NCBI GenBank assembly: GCA_036307445.1
Contig: JAXJXP010000045.1
Location: 5,587-37,586 of the forward strand
Origin: Clostridia bacterium
Lineage (GTDB): Bacteria; Bacillota; Clostridia; UBA1381
DNA length: 32,000 nt
Reading direction: 5' to 3'
A program made the position numbers and the translations under genes. The notes below the pieces were generated by a model. It searched no databases, was not told where the DNA came from, and was given only the letters and a program-made list of their open reading frames with translations. Shown here one piece after another: positions 6,710-17,511 of this stretch. Position 1 is the first letter of the stretch. Every line of letters begins with the position of its first letter.

Positions 6710-9700
6710 ATGCCACTTGATAAAAGCATTAAAAAGGTACTAGTAATAGGCTCGGGTCCTATTGTAATCGGTCAGGCAGCTGAGTTTGACTATTCGGGAA
6801 CGCAAGCTTGCCGTGCCATTGAGGAAGAGGGGATAGAGGTTGTACTTGTAAACTCAAACCCTGCTACAATTATGACAGACAGAGGTATGGCATCTGAAAC
6901 TTATATAGAGCCTCTTACAATTGAGTATATCGAAAAGGTAATTGAACGTGAGCGTCCGGACAGCGTAATTGCAGGTATGGGCGGTCAGACGGGACTTAAC
7001 CTCACTTGTGAGCTTTACGATAGAGGAATCCTTGATAAGTACAATATGAAGGTTATAGGTACCTCTATTGAATCAATCAAAGAGGGCGAGGACCGTGATA
7101 GCTTTAAACAACTTATGGAACGCACCAATCAGCCGATTGCACCGAGTGCTATTGTTACCAATCTTGAAGATGGTTTCAAATTTGCGAGCGAGATTGGCTA
7201 TCCTGTAATTGTTAGACCTGCATACACTCTGGGCGGAACAGGCGGTGGAATAGCAGAGGACGAAACTCAGCTTGAAGAAATTCTTGCACAGGGACTTCAC
7301 CTCTCGAGAGTCGGTCAGGTACTTCTCGAAAAGTCTATCAAAGGCTGGAAGGAAATCGAATTTGAGGTGATTAGAGACGGGACGGGTAACTGTATCACCG
7401 TCTGCAGTATGGAAAATGTAGACCCTGTCGGTGTTCATACAGGCGACTCTATCGTAGTTGCGCCGGCACTTACACTTGCTGAAAAAGAGTATAATATGCT
7501 CCGTACAGCTGCACTTGATATAATCAGCTCGATTGAAATCAAGGGCGGATGTAACGTGCAGTTTGCACTTAATCCGGACAGCTTTGAGTATGCAGTTATT
7601 GAGATAAACCCGAGAGTTAGCCGTTCGTCAGCATTGGCGTCTAAAGCGACAGGCTATCCTATTGCAAAGATTGCATCTAAGATTGCACTCGGCTATAATC
7701 TTGACGAAATTAAAAATGCTGTTACAGGCACAACCTATGCGTGCTTCGAGCCGACAATTGACTATGTTGTAACCAAAATACCCAAGTGGCCGTTTGATAA
7801 GTTCTTTGGTGCTAAGAGAAATCTTGGTACAAAGATGATGGCAACCGGCGAAGTTATGGCTATTGGAAGCACATTGGAGGCATCGCTCTTAAAAGGTGTG
7901 CGTTCACTTGAAATAGGTCAGTACACTCTTGAGCATAAGGCGTCAAAGGAAAGAAGCTTAGAGGAGCTTATAAACAGAGTTGCAACGCCTGATGATGAAA
8001 GACTCTTTGATTTGGCTGAGCTTATTCGCCGTGGTTATCCGCTTGAGAAGATTGCGGAAGTTACCATAATGGACAAGTTCTTCCTTAAGAAGATTAAGAA
8101 TATAGTAGATGCAGAAGAAGCAGTTAAAAAGCTAACTCTTAAAGACTTTGATGCTGATACAATGCGTTATTATAAAAAGCTGGGCTTTTCTGACAGAGGC
8201 TTATCTCAGCTTTTGGGAGTATCAGTTCCTGAGGTTTATAATCTCAGAAAGGAGCTTGGTGTAATTCCGGTATACAAGAAGGTTGACACTTGTGCGGGTG
8301 AGTTTGAGGCAGTGTCGCCTTATTACTACTCTACCTATGATGCGGAAAACGAAGCAACTCCTTCTGACAAGAGAAAGGTAATAGTAATCGGCTCAGGACC
8401 AATTAGAATCGGTCAGGGTATTGAGTTTGACTACTGCAGTGTTCACAGTGTATTTGCTCTTAAGAAAGCAGGCATTGAAACAATTACTATAAACAATAAC
8501 CCCGAAACTGTAAGTACAGACTTTGACACCTCGGATAAGCTTTATTTTGAACCTCTTACAGAAGAAGATGTATATAATATTATTGAGCTTGAAAAGCCTG
8601 AGGGTGTTATACTGCAGTTTGGCGGTCAGACTGCTATTAAGCTTGCCAACTTCCTTGATGAGATGAAGGTTCCCATTTTGGGCACTCAGCCAGAACAGAT
8701 TGATGAGGCTGAGGACAGAGAGAAGTTTGACGAAATTCTCGAAAAGCTTGATATAAAGAGACCTAAGGGTAAGGCAGTGTGGAGTGTTGAAGAGGGTGTT
8801 GCTGAGGCTAATAAGCTTGAATACCCCTTGCTTGTTCGCCCTTCATACGTTCTTGGCGGTAAGGGTATGGAGATTACTAGAAACGAAACAGACCTTGTAA
8901 ACTACCTCACAAACGCGTTTAAGAATGATAAGAAGAACCCTGTTCTTATCGACCGTTATCTCGGTGGTAGAGAGCTTGAGGTTGATGCTATCTGTGATGG
9001 TGAAGATGTTCTAATCCCTGGTATTATGGAGCATCTTGAAAGAGCGGGTGTGCACTCCGGCGACTCAATTTCTATCTATCCTCCGCAGAATATCAGCGAT
9101 AAGATTATTGGCGAAATAATGGACGTAACATACAGAATAGCAAGAGAATTGAAGGTTATCGGTATGATTAACATTCAGTTTATCGAATATAGGGATGAGC
9201 TTTACATTATTGAGGTAAATCCGCGTTCGAGCCGTACTGTTCCGTATATAACAAAGGTTACAAATGTACCAGTTATAGATATCGCGACAAGAATTATGCT
9301 CGGTGAAAGCTTAAAGAGTATGGGATTTGAGTCAGGTATTGCACCTGTCACCAAGACGGTGGCTGTTAAAGTGCCCGTATTCTCAACAGAAAAGCTTCCG
9401 AGAGTTGAAGTCAGCTTAGGACCTGAAATGCGTTCGACAGGAGAAGTTCTTGGCGTTGGTAATTCATTTGTTGAGGCTATGTATAAGGGCTTTGTTGCGG
9501 CAGGTACCACCATTCCTTCGGCAGGCAGCACTATCCTTGTAACTGTGCGTGATATTGATAAGGAAAAATTCCTCCCGATAGCAAAGCGTTTTGCTGCACT
9601 TGGATGCAAGTTCATATCAACTGCAGGAACGGGTAAGCTTTTGAAGGATAATGGCATTGAAGTACAAATTTCAAAGAAGATTTCTGAAGGTGTACCCAAT

Positions 9701-9922
9701 GTCCTTGATGTAATCAGAAGCGGAATTGTTGACCTTATAGTAGATATTCCCAAGAAGGGTAATGACGTACATTCAGACGGCTTCAAAATCAGAAGAACAG
9801 CAGCAGAATGCTCTGTATCACTTATGACAAGCCTTGATACCGTTGCCGCTATGGTAGAGGTTATGGAGTCGGGTTATAACACAGACAAGACTTCAATTAT
9901 CAAGCTTTCAGACGTTAAGTAA
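6710..9922 (+). CDS. carB: Carbamoyl-phosphate synthase large subunit
   Basis: 1070 aa with a duplicated ATP-grasp architecture ([21 protein letters not shown] and [20 protein letters not shown]) and a C-terminal MGS-like allosteric domain. It starts 4 nt after the carA stop. Confidence 0.97.
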   Translation: MPLDKSIKKVLVIGSGPIVIGQAAEFDYSGTQACRAIEEEGIEVVLVNSNPATIMTDRGMASETYIEPLTIEYIEKVIERERPDSVIAGMGGQTGLNLTCELYDRGILDKYNMKVIGTSIESIKEGEDRDSFKQLMERTNQPIAPSAIVTNLEDGFKFASEIGYPVIVRPAYTLGGTGGGIAEDETQLEEILAQGLHLSRVGQVLLEKSIKGWKEIEFEVIRDGTGNCITVCSMENVDPVGVHTGDSIVVAPALTLAEKEYNMLRTAALDIISSIEIKGGCNVQFALNPDSFEYAVIEINPRVSRSSALASKATGYPIAKIASKIALGYNLDEIKNAVTGTTYACFEPTIDYVVTKIPKWPFDKFFGAKRNLGTKMMATGEVMAIGSTLEASLLKGVRSLEIGQYTLEHKASKERSLEELINRVATPDDERLFDLAELIRRGYPLEKIAEVTIMDKFFLKKIKNIVDAEEAVKKLTLKDFDADTMRYYKKLGFSDRGLSQLLGVSVPEVYNLRKELGVIPVYKKVDTCAGEFEAVSPYYYSTYDAENEATPSDKRKVIVIGSGPIRIGQGIEFDYCSVHSVFALKKAGIETITINNNPETVSTDFDTSDKLYFEPLTEEDVYNIIELEKPEGVILQFGGQTAIKLANFLDEMKVPILGTQPEQIDEAEDREKFDEILEKLDIKRPKGKAVWSVEEGVAEANKLEYPLLVRPSYVLGGKGMEITRNETDLVNYLTNAFKNDKKNPVLIDRYLGGRELEVDAICDGEDVLIPGIMEHLERAGVHSGDSISIYPPQNISDKIIGEIMDVTYRIARELKVIGMINIQFIEYRDELYIIEVNPRSSRTVPYITKVTNVPVIDIATRIMLGESLKSMGFESGIAPVTKTVAVKVPVFSTEKLPRVEVSLGPEMRSTGEVLGVGNSFVEAMYKGFVAAGTTIPSAGSTILVTVRDIDKEKFLPIAKRFAALGCKFISTAGTGKLLKDNGIEVQISKKISEGVPNVLDVIRSGIVDLIVDIPKKGNDVHSDGFKIRRTAAECSVSLMTSLDTVAAMVEVMESGYNTDKTSIIKLSDVK

Positions 9923-9941
9923 AAATATATAAACTTTTTTC

Positions 9942-9973
9942 AAAAATCCCCTTGACATAAGGGGATTTTTCTT
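9942..9973 (+). terminator. carB intrinsic terminator
   Basis: AAAAATCCCCTT (9942-9953) pairs with AAGGGGATTTTT (9959-9970) around a 5-nt loop, and a T-run follows. Confidence 0.65.
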
Positions 9974-9980
9974 GTATAAT
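9952..9980 (+). promoter_or_regulatory. Sigma-A type promoter of the ylxM-ffh operon, overlapping the carB terminator
   Basis: TTGACA (9952-9957, in the terminator loop), 17-nt spacer, TATAAT (9975-9980). An 8-bp 5'-UTR hairpin follows: CTGTAAAG (9986-9993) / CTTTACAG (10002-10009). Confidence 0.55.
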
Positions 9981-10031
9981 AGCAACTGTAAAGTTTTTTG
10001 CCTTTACAGGTAAGGATGGCGGTAGAGTAAA

Positions 10032-10346
10032 ATGAGTAAAAATCTTACTATGACCGTATTGCTCGATTTTTACGGCGAGCTTTTAACCGACAAGCAAAGA
10101 CAGGCACTTGTTTCTTATTATGATGAGGACTGTTCGCTTTCTGAGATTGCCGAAAATATGAGTATTTCGCGTCAGGGCGCGAGGGATTTTATCAAAAGAG
10201 GAGAAGCGCAGCTTTTGGAATTTGAAGAAAAACTTGGCTTAGCATCAAGGTTTATGAAGATAAACCAGTTGGTAGACGAGCTTGAAAAATCAAATCTTCC
10301 CGAAAATGTGCAAAAGCTGATTGATGAAATCAAGAACAACCTTTAG
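10032..10346 (+). CDS. ylxM: YlxM/UPF0122 helix-turn-helix protein (sigma-70 region-4-like) upstream of ffh
   Basis: 104 aa. The motifs LLDFYGELLTDKQR and ISRQGARDFIKRGE are typical of YlxM. It occupies the conserved position immediately 5' of ffh in Firmicutes. Confidence 0.88.
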   Translation: MSKNLTMTVLLDFYGELLTDKQRQALVSYYDEDCSLSEIAENMSISRQGARDFIKRGEAQLLEFEEKLGLASRFMKINQLVDELEKSNLPENVQKLIDEIKNNL

Positions 10347-10361
10347 AAAGCGTGGTGCAAA

Positions 10362-11714
10362 ATGGCATTTGAAAATCTCGGCGATAAGCTGCAAGACGTA
10401 TTTAAGGGCTTAAGGTCCAAGGGAAAGCTTACCGAAAGTGATATTAAAACAGCGATGCGTGAGGTTAAGCTTGCACTTTTGGAGGCTGACGTAAACTTTA
10501 AGGTTGTTAAGGATTTTGTAAAATCTGTGTCCGAAAAGGCTTTGGAGGCAGGAGTTTTGGAGTCGCTGACTCCGGGGCAGAATGTTATAAAGATTGTCCG
10601 TGATGAGCTTACTGCTCTTATGGGTTCTGAGAACGAAAGAATTAAATTTGCCAATACTCCGCCTACTGTAATTATGATGTGCGGTTTGCAGGGCGCCGGT
10701 AAAACGACTGCTTCGGGAAAGCTTGCACTTTCTATAAGAAAGCAGTTTGGTAAAAGACCTCTTATGGTAGCCTGCGACGTTTACAGACCTGCGGCTGTTA
10801 AACAGCTCGAGGTGCTTGGTGCGCAGATAAATGTTCCTGTTTTTTCTCTCGGTACAGATATAAGTCCTGTTGAGATTGCAAAGAAGGCAGTTGAACATGC
10901 GAAGGTTCACGGCAACGACCCTGTTATCATAGATACTGCTGGTAGACTTCATATTGATGAAGCGCTTATGCAGGAGCTTAAAGATATTAAAGAAGTAACA
11001 AGACCTGACGAGATATTGCTTGTTGTTGATGCAATGACCGGTCAGGATGCAGTTAATGTTTCGGAAAGCTTTAATCAGGAGCTTGATGTTACCGGTGTTA
11101 TTCTTTCAAAGCTTGACGGTGATACAAGAGGCGGTGCGGCATTGTCTGTTCGCGCTGTTACCAATAAGCCGATTAAATATGCGTCTATGGGCGAAAAGCT
11201 CTCCGATCTAGAGCCTTTCCACCCCGAGCGTATGGCAAGCAGAATTCTCGGAATGGGCGATGTACTTACTCTTATTGATAAGGCACAAGAGGTCATAGAC
11301 GAGGAAGAGGCAGCTGCGCTTGAGAAAAAGATGCGTGAGCAGAGCTTTGATTTGGAGGATTTCTTAGGCCAGATTCAGCAGATAAAAAAGCTTGGCTCAT
11401 TTGGTCAGATTTTAGGAATGCTTCCGGGAATAGACAAAAAGGCAATGGAGCAGATAAATACCGAAGAAACTGAGAAAAAGATGAGGCACACCGAGGCAAT
11501 TATCCGTTCAATGACTCCTGCTGAAAGAAAGAAACCGCAGATTATTGCGGCAAGCCGAAAGGTCAGAATTGCCAAGGGAAGCGGTACAAGAGTTCAGGAT
11601 GTAAATGAGCTTTTGAAGCAATTTGACCAGATGAAGAGGATGATGAAAGAACTATCAGGTCCAAAGCAGGCGAAGCTTCTTAAGAGAATGCAGAAGATGA
11701 AAGGCAAGATATAA
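10362..11714 (+). CDS. ffh: Signal recognition particle protein Ffh
   Basis: SRP54-type N and G domains (GLQGAGKTT, DTAGR, KLDGD) and a Met-rich M domain at the C-terminus. Confidence 0.97.
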   Translation: MAFENLGDKLQDVFKGLRSKGKLTESDIKTAMREVKLALLEADVNFKVVKDFVKSVSEKALEAGVLESLTPGQNVIKIVRDELTALMGSENERIKFANTPPTVIMMCGLQGAGKTTASGKLALSIRKQFGKRPLMVACDVYRPAAVKQLEVLGAQINVPVFSLGTDISPVEIAKKAVEHAKVHGNDPVIIDTAGRLHIDEALMQELKDIKEVTRPDEILLVVDAMTGQDAVNVSESFNQELDVTGVILSKLDGDTRGGAALSVRAVTNKPIKYASMGEKLSDLEPFHPERMASRILGMGDVLTLIDKAQEVIDEEEAAALEKKMREQSFDLEDFLGQIQQIKKLGSFGQILGMLPGIDKKAMEQINTEETEKKMRHTEAIIRSMTPAERKKPQIIAASRKVRIAKGSGTRVQDVNELLKQFDQMKRMMKELSGPKQAKLLKRMQKMKGKI

Positions 11715-11767
11715 CAAGTCCAAAGGGCTTTTATATACAAAAGAAATTATTTTGGAGGTGAAATAAA

Positions 11768-12010
11768 ATGGCAGTTAAAATCAGACTTAGAAGAATGGGT
11801 GCAAAGAAGGCTCCTTTTTATAGAGTTGTAGTTGCTGACTCAAGATACCCCAGAGATGGCAGATTTATCGAGGAAATCGGAACATACAATCCCTTGACAG
11901 ATCCCGCTACTGTAAATATTGATTCAGAGCTCGCTAAGAAGTGGCTTGGTAACGGCGCTCAGCCGACAGATACAGTAAAGTCTCTCTTGAAAAAACAGGG
12001 AATTATGTAA
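11768..12010 (+). CDS. rpsP: 30S ribosomal protein S16
   Basis: [26 protein letters not shown] is the canonical S16 N-terminus. SD GGAGGTG is present. Confidence 0.97.
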   Translation: MAVKIRLRRMGAKKAPFYRVVVADSRYPRDGRFIEEIGTYNPLTDPATVNIDSELAKKWLGNGAQPTDTVKSLLKKQGIM

Positions 12011-12041
12011 TCTTCCTTGATAAGAAAGGAATGTTTCTTAG

Positions 12042-12269
12042 GTGAAAGAGGTTTTAGAGCTTATTGCAAAGTCTCTAGTAGATAACGAGGACGCCGTTTC
12101 TGTTACAGAAGTAGAGGGCGAAGACTCAGTTATTCTTGAGCTTAGAGTGGCAGAAGGAGATATGGGCAAGGTTATCGGCAAGCAGGGCAGAATTGCCAAG
12201 GCTATCCGTACCGTTGTCAAAGCAGCAGCAAGCCGTGAAAACAAGCGCGTTGTTGTTGAGATTGTATAA
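12042..12269 (+). CDS. KH-domain RNA-binding protein (YlqC/UPF0109 family)
   Basis: 75 aa with a GTG start. It has the KH GXXG loop (VIGKQGRIAKAIR) and the conserved position between rpsP and rimM. Confidence 0.88.
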   Translation: MKEVLELIAKSLVDNEDAVSVTEVEGEDSVILELRVAEGDMGKVIGKQGRIAKAIRTVVKAAASRENKRVVVEIV

Positions 12270-12333
12270 GCATACTCTATGAGGCGACTCTTGATAAAGG
12301 GTCGTCTTTTTGCTTATAGAAAGGAAGGATTAT

Positions 12334-12834
12334 ATGAGCTTACTCGAAGTGGGTAAAATTGTGAATACACACGGACTTCGTGGTGAGGTCAAGGTTGTAC
12401 CCTGGACCGATTACCCTGAGGTTTTTGAAGATATAAAAAAGGTTTCTCTTGCCGATGGCAGAGAGTTTAATGTTAAGAGTATAAAGTACCAAAAAAATAA
12501 TATTATAATTAAGTTTCAAGAGCTTTCGGATATTGACGAGGCGATGAAACTTAAGGAAAAGGTTCTTTATGCCGAAAGAGACCAGCTTGGCGAGCTTCCG
12601 GAGGGCGTGCATTACGTCGCAGACTTGATTGGAATGACGGTTGTAACCGAAGAAGGAGAAAAGCTTGGAGAAGTAGCCGACGTTTTGCAGACAGGTGCAA
12701 ACGATATATATGAAGTGAAAAGAGAAGGGAAAAAGCCGCTTTTAATCCCTGTTATTGACAGTGTTGTGCTTAGCATTGATATGGACAATTCTTTGATAAC
12801 AGTACACCTTATGGACGGCTTGATTGATTTGTGA
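12334..12834 (+). CDS. rimM: 16S rRNA processing protein RimM
   Basis: Start re-set to the ATG at 12334 (AAGGAAGG SD). MSLLEVGKIVNTHGLRGEVKV is the canonical RimM N-terminus. A PRC-barrel C-terminal part is present. Confidence 0.92.
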   Translation: MSLLEVGKIVNTHGLRGEVKVVPWTDYPEVFEDIKKVSLADGREFNVKSIKYQKNNIIIKFQELSDIDEAMKLKEKVLYAERDQLGELPEGVHYVADLIGMTVVTEEGEKLGEVADVLQTGANDIYEVKREGKKPLLIPVIDSVVLSIDMDNSLITVHLMDGLIDL

Positions 12835-13574
12835 TGAAGTTTGAAGTTTTAACACTATTTCCGGGTATGTTTGAAGCGGTGCTTGGGGACAGTATCATTG
12901 CCCGTGCAGAAAAAGCGGGTATAATTGAAATGAATTTTATCAATATTCGTGATTTTTCAACCAATAAGCATCGCAAGACCGACGATTATCCCTACTCAGG
13001 CGGTGGCGGAATGCTAATGACACCGCAACCGATTTATGATGCGTATAAGAGTATAGAGAATAAAGCGGATAAGAAACCGCATACAATATATATGACACCG
13101 CAGGGTAAGACCTTTACTCAGCAAAAAGCAAGAGAGCTTGCGGAGCACGAGCATATTGTAATACTTTGCGGTCATTATGAGGGTGTCGACCAGAGAGTTC
13201 TTGATATGATAGTAGATGAGGAGATTTCTATCGGCGACTTTGTATTAACAGGTGGCGAAATTCCTGCTATGGCAGTTATTGACTCGGTATCGAGAATGCT
13301 TCCGGGCGTGCTGTCAGGAGAAGAAAATTTCACTAACGAAAGTCATTTTTCGGGACTTTTAGAACATCCTCAGTACACAAGACCTGAGGAGTTTATGGGA
13401 ATGAAAATTCCTGAGGTCCTTCTTTCCGGTCATCATAAGAATATCGAGGAATGGAAAAGACAAAAGTCGCTGGAAATAACATATAAAAAGCGCCCCGAAC
13501 TTCTTGATACAGCGGAACTTAGTGAAAAGGACAGAAAATATATAGAAAAATTAAAGAAAGGAGAGGTACTGTAA
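12834..13574 (+). CDS. trmD: tRNA (guanine37-N1)-methyltransferase
   Basis: MKFEVLTLFPGMFE is a typical TrmD N-terminus. The ATG overlaps the rimM stop (gTGATG). The ORF-track GTG at 12831 is one codon upstream. Confidence 0.95.
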   Translation: MKFEVLTLFPGMFEAVLGDSIIARAEKAGIIEMNFINIRDFSTNKHRKTDDYPYSGGGGMLMTPQPIYDAYKSIENKADKKPHTIYMTPQGKTFTQQKARELAEHEHIVILCGHYEGVDQRVLDMIVDEEISIGDFVLTGGEIPAMAVIDSVSRMLPGVLSGEENFTNESHFSGLLEHPQYTRPEEFMGMKIPEVLLSGHHKNIEEWKRQKSLEITYKKRPELLDTAELSEKDRKYIEKLKKGEVL

Positions 13575-13576
13575 AA

Positions 13577-14521
13577 ATGTATGTTGGTATTGATTTAGGC
13601 GGTACAAATATAGCGGCAGGTGTTGTAGATGAAAATGGGGAAATTTTAACAAAGGCATCGGTGCCTACTAAGGCAATCCGTCCTAATGAAGAATATGCAG
13701 AAGATATGGTTATGATAGCAAAGAAGGTAATTGCAGATGCAGGACTTCAGGTAAGTGATATTAAGGCAATCGGTGTCGGTGCACCAGGCTCTATTGATAG
13801 TAGAAACGGCAGAGTATATGACGCGGATAATCTTGGTATGGATAATTTTCCTCTTGCGGAATATATCCAAAAGGGAATAGGGCTTCCTGTCTATCTTGAA
13901 AATGATGCCAATGCAGCTGCGTTCGGAGAATACTCCATTAACGGTAATGGTGCAGAGAGCTTTGTGTTAGTAACCCTCGGTACAGGAGTTGGCGGAGGTA
14001 TTGTAATTGACGGAAATATACTTCGTGGGTTTAACTCAACAGGTGCTGAAATCGGTCATACTTGCATTGAGATGGATGGCGAAAAATGTACCTGCGGCAG
14101 AGTGGGGTGCTGGGAGGCATATGCATCTGTAACAGCACTCATCCGTCAGACTAAAAAAGCAATGGAAGAAAACCCCGACAGTCTTATGCACGAGTTTTCA
14201 AAGAAAGAGGGTAAGGTATCCGGCAAAACCTCATTTGATGCTGCGAAGCAGGGTGATGAGGCGGCTATGGTGGTTGTCGAAAACTATGCAAGATATGTCG
14301 GTGTCGGAGTTGCTAATATGATTAACATATTCCAGCCCAACAAAATTGTAATAGGTGGCGGCATAAGCAAAGAGGGAGATTATCTTCTTGACAGAGTACA
14401 GAAATATGTTGACTCATATGACTACAACAGAAGTCAGGAAAAGGCAAAAATTGAAATTGCCACACTCTTTAATGATGCAGGAATAATCGGTGCGGCATTT
14501 GCGGCCAGGGCAAGAGTATAA
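13577..14521 (+). CDS. glcK: ROK-family glucokinase
   Basis: N-terminal DLGGTNIAAGVVD ATP-binding motif and the ROK zinc motif CTCGRVGCWEAYAS. The length (314 aa) is typical. Confidence 0.85.
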   Translation: MYVGIDLGGTNIAAGVVDENGEILTKASVPTKAIRPNEEYAEDMVMIAKKVIADAGLQVSDIKAIGVGAPGSIDSRNGRVYDADNLGMDNFPLAEYIQKGIGLPVYLENDANAAAFGEYSINGNGAESFVLVTLGTGVGGGIVIDGNILRGFNSTGAEIGHTCIEMDGEKCTCGRVGCWEAYASVTALIRQTKKAMEENPDSLMHEFSKKEGKVSGKTSFDAAKQGDEAAMVVVENYARYVGVGVANMINIFQPNKIVIGGGISKEGDYLLDRVQKYVDSYDYNRSQEKAKIEIATLFNDAGIIGAAFAARARV

Positions 14522-14522
14522 C

Positions 14523-14551
14523 AAAATGCAGTCCTATGACTGCATTTTTTT
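14523..14551. terminator. Bidirectional terminator between convergent glcK and the flippase gene
   Basis: Perfect 11-bp stem AAAATGCAGTC (14523-14533) / GACTGCATTTT (14538-14548) with loop CTAT and T-runs on both strands. It overlaps the last codons of the minus-strand CDS. Confidence 0.75.
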
Positions 14552-16162
14552 GCTGCCTAATGTGATTGTAAAGCTGTTGTTTTTTCGAAGAAGTACAGTT
14601 GTCAAAATATACCCGAAGCTACCAATAAAACAGCTTGCAAGAAAAGCTGCTTTTTCGTTTATGTATACGGACAAAGCGGCATTGAACGGGCTCATAAGCC
14701 CGACCATAACACACGATGCAGCAAAAGGTACTGAAAGGAGCTTTGGAAAGCTGACGAATCCTCCAAAATTTCTTTTGAACAAATGTGCAAGTGCAAGAAA
14801 TATCACAAATGACGATATACAGGTTGCAATTCCCGCTCCGATTATATTGAGGTAAGGTATTCTTACTAAAACTGCCGAAAGGATTATTTTGATAATAAGC
14901 CCTGCTGTAAGAGCGATAAACGGCTCAAATATTTTCCCTGCAAGATGCAAAGCGCAAATAAGCATATTGCTTGATGAGAGAAATATCAAGGCTGGTGCTA
15001 ATGAACGCAGCATATCTGCAGAAAATCTGTTGCCAAACAGAAGATTGAGAATGCTTTCGGGGAAGAAAAAACATACTGCGGCTGATGGAAGCGCTAGTGA
15101 AAGAATAAGGGATAAGACACGTTCTGCTGCTTTTGCTGTGTCCTTGCCTACATTGATTGCAGATGCAAACATAGGAGTAGCTGCTGCGCTAACAGTTGCT
15201 ATTATGCCGACAGGCAGATTGAATACTGTTTGAGCATAGCCTGAAAATGCGCCGTACAGCTTTCGCACTCCATCAGGTGTGAGAGTCAGAGAAAATGCTA
15301 ATTTATCAAAAACATCGGTGTACGCAGAATATTGTGCTAAAAATTGCTGTGCACTTTCGGCGGAAAATATGATAGATGACAACGAGTGCCTTATTACTGC
15401 AACCTCAGCCATACCTAAAAGACCTGTTGCGGCACCAGTCATAAGAAGTGGTATTGCTACTGCGAAAATTGCTCTGAGTTCCTTACTGTCCGATTTCCCG
15501 GCTGGAAGCTTTCGTACCCGAAATCGCCATACCAAAACAAGCAATGTTGTTGCAAAAGCCTCGCCTATTGTAACGCTCCAAACTGCGCCTTCAGCGGCTT
15601 TAAATACTGAGATGGACGCAAACTTGTAGGCGAGAAATAGGCCTAAAAACAGCTTCACTGTCGCCTCGGACACCTGTGAAAAGGCTGTTGGGAGTAAGTC
15701 GGAAAGAGCTTCATTAGAGCTTTTGATAACGGCTCCGATACTGACTAAGACAACAGAGAAAGAAATAGCACGAATTGCACCGACGGAGCCTGGCTCACGC
15801 ATAGAAAGAGCAAGATGCGGTGCAAATATATACATCATACTGCTTGCAGCAAGCCCTACAAGAAGCAATACTGTACCTATGCTCTTTACAACGGGACGAA
15901 TTCTATCCTCTTTACCTAATGCGTTGTATTCAGCCAAAAGCTTTGTTACTGCAAAAGGAAACCCGCTTGTAACCAATGACAAAAACATCATATAAACCGA
16001 AAAGGCTGTCTGATAAACCGCCATACCCTCTTCGCCCAATATATATGTAAGGGGAATTTTGAAAACCGCACCGAGTATTTTTGCTATTGCATTTGCACAT
16101 ATCAAAATGACTGTGCCCTTAATAAATTTACCGCGCTCGGTCAAAAAAATCACCCCAATCAA
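14534..16162 (-). CDS. MOP-superfamily polysaccharide/lipid-II flippase-like protein (SpoVB / YabM-like)
   Basis: About 540 aa and polytopic (about 14 TM). The N-terminal motif KGTVILICANAIAKILGAVFKIPLTYILGEEGMAVYQ is typical of the SpoVB/MurJ-related family. The true start may be a few codons downstream of the ORF-track start. Confidence 0.8.
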   Translation of the reverse strand: MIGVIFLTERGKFIKGTVILICANAIAKILGAVFKIPLTYILGEEGMAVYQTAFSVYMMFLSLVTSGFPFAVTKLLAEYNALGKEDRIRPVVKSIGTVLLLVGLAASSMMYIFAPHLALSMREPGSVGAIRAISFSVVLVSIGAVIKSSNEALSDLLPTAFSQVSEATVKLFLGLFLAYKFASISVFKAAEGAVWSVTIGEAFATTLLVLVWRFRVRKLPAGKSDSKELRAIFAVAIPLLMTGAATGLLGMAEVAVIRHSLSSIIFSAESAQQFLAQYSAYTDVFDKLAFSLTLTPDGVRKLYGAFSGYAQTVFNLPVGIIATVSAAATPMFASAINVGKDTAKAAERVLSLILSLALPSAAVCFFFPESILNLLFGNRFSADMLRSLAPALIFLSSSNMLICALHLAGKIFEPFIALTAGLIIKIILSAVLVRIPYLNIIGAGIATCISSFVIFLALAHLFKRNFGGFVSFPKLLSVPFAASCVMVGLMSPFNAALSVYINEKAAFLASCFIGSFGYILTTVLLRKNNSFTITLGSKKMQS

Positions 16163-16174
16163 ATAAAAAAATCA

Positions 16175-16203
16175 TTGTTATGTTAATATATTTGTGCTAT
16201 ACT
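16175..16203 (+). promoter_or_regulatory. Sigma-A type promoter of aroA-mazG
   Basis: TTGTTA (16175-16180), 17-nt spacer, TATACT (16198-16203). Confidence 0.45.
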
Positions 16204-16236
16204 TAAAATATGATATATTTTCCTTCGGAGGAGATA

Positions 16237-17511
16237 ATGATGACCGAACTAAAGAAAATGAAAAGAATTAAGGGAGAGATAACGGTTCCCGGTGATAAAT
16301 CGATATCGCACAGAGGTGTTATGCTTGGTGCACTTGGTGAGGGAATTACCGAAATAGATGGGTTTTTAAGAGGTGCGGATTGTCTTTCAACAATAGATTG
16401 CTTTAGGAGCCTTGGTATAGAAACAGAGATTTCTGGTACGCACGTCGTTGTGCACGGAAACGGTATATACGGACTTAAAAAGCCTGATAAAATCCTTTAT
16501 ACAGGAAATTCGGGAACTACTACAAGGCTTCTTTCGGGAATACTTGCAGGTCAAAGCTTTCACAGTGTGATAACCGGTGATGCATCTATATGCAAGCGCC
16601 CTATGTCAAGAGTTGTAAAACCGCTGTCTATGATGGGGGCGGATATTGAGGGTGAATACTGCCCGCTGACAATCAAAGGCTCAAAGCTAAACGGAATTAA
16701 ATATAATATGCCTGTTGCATCTGCTCAGGTTAAAACGGCAATCCTTTTAGCAGGGCTTTATGCCGAAGGTGAAACCGAGGTTGTTGAAATAGAAAAAAGC
16801 AGGGACCACACAGAACGTATGCTTTCTGCAATGGGTGCGGATATTAGTGAGGACGGACTGTCGGTAAGGGTAAATAAATGTGATAGGCTAAACGGGATAC
16901 ATATAAGTGTTCCGGGTGATATTTCATCTGCAGCGTTTTATATTGTCGCTGCAAGCGTTATGAAAGGCTCCGAGCTGCTTATTAAAAATGTTGGGGTTAA
17001 TCCAACCAGAACAGGTATTCTGGATGTGGCACGTAATATGGGTGCAGATATAACAGAACTTAATTATCGGTTTGAGAACAATGAGCCTGTATGTGATTTG
17101 CTTGTTAAGAGTGCGGATTTAAAAGGCGTACGCATTGACGGTGCAATAATTCCAAGACTTATTGACGAGCTTCCGGTTATTGCGGTAATGGCACTGGTTG
17201 CTGATGGTGAAACGGTCATTACAGATGCGGCTGAGTTGAAAGTAAAGGAAACAAACAGAATAACTGCAGTTTGTACCGAGCTTAAAAAATGCGGTGCAGA
17301 TATTACCGAAACGGAAGACGGTATGATAATAAGAGGCGGCAAAAAGCTAACTGGCAGCAATTTTGCAAGCTATGGCGATCACAGAATGGCAATGAGCTTG
17401 ACAGTTCTTGCTCAGCTTACAGACGGTGCGTGTAGCATAGATGATATAAGCTGTTGCGCTATCAGCTACCCTGAATTTTTTGACGATTTTTACGGTTTGG
17501 AGGATAAATAA
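16237..17511 (+). CDS. aroA: 3-phosphoshikimate 1-carboxyvinyltransferase (EPSP synthase, class II-type motif)
   Basis: Start re-set to the ATG at 16237 (GGAGGAG SD). It has PGDKSISHR and GNSGTTTRLLSG motifs, the latter being the class II EPSPS form usual in Firmicutes, and is full length. Confidence 0.95.
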   Translation: MMTELKKMKRIKGEITVPGDKSISHRGVMLGALGEGITEIDGFLRGADCLSTIDCFRSLGIETEISGTHVVVHGNGIYGLKKPDKILYTGNSGTTTRLLSGILAGQSFHSVITGDASICKRPMSRVVKPLSMMGADIEGEYCPLTIKGSKLNGIKYNMPVASAQVKTAILLAGLYAEGETEVVEIEKSRDHTERMLSAMGADISEDGLSVRVNKCDRLNGIHISVPGDISSAAFYIVAASVMKGSELLIKNVGVNPTRTGILDVARNMGADITELNYRFENNEPVCDLLVKSADLKGVRIDGAIIPRLIDELPVIAVMALVADGETVITDAAELKVKETNRITAVCTELKKCGADITETEDGMIIRGGKKLTGSNFASYGDHRMAMSLTVLAQLTDGACSIDDISCCAISYPEFFDDFYGLEDK

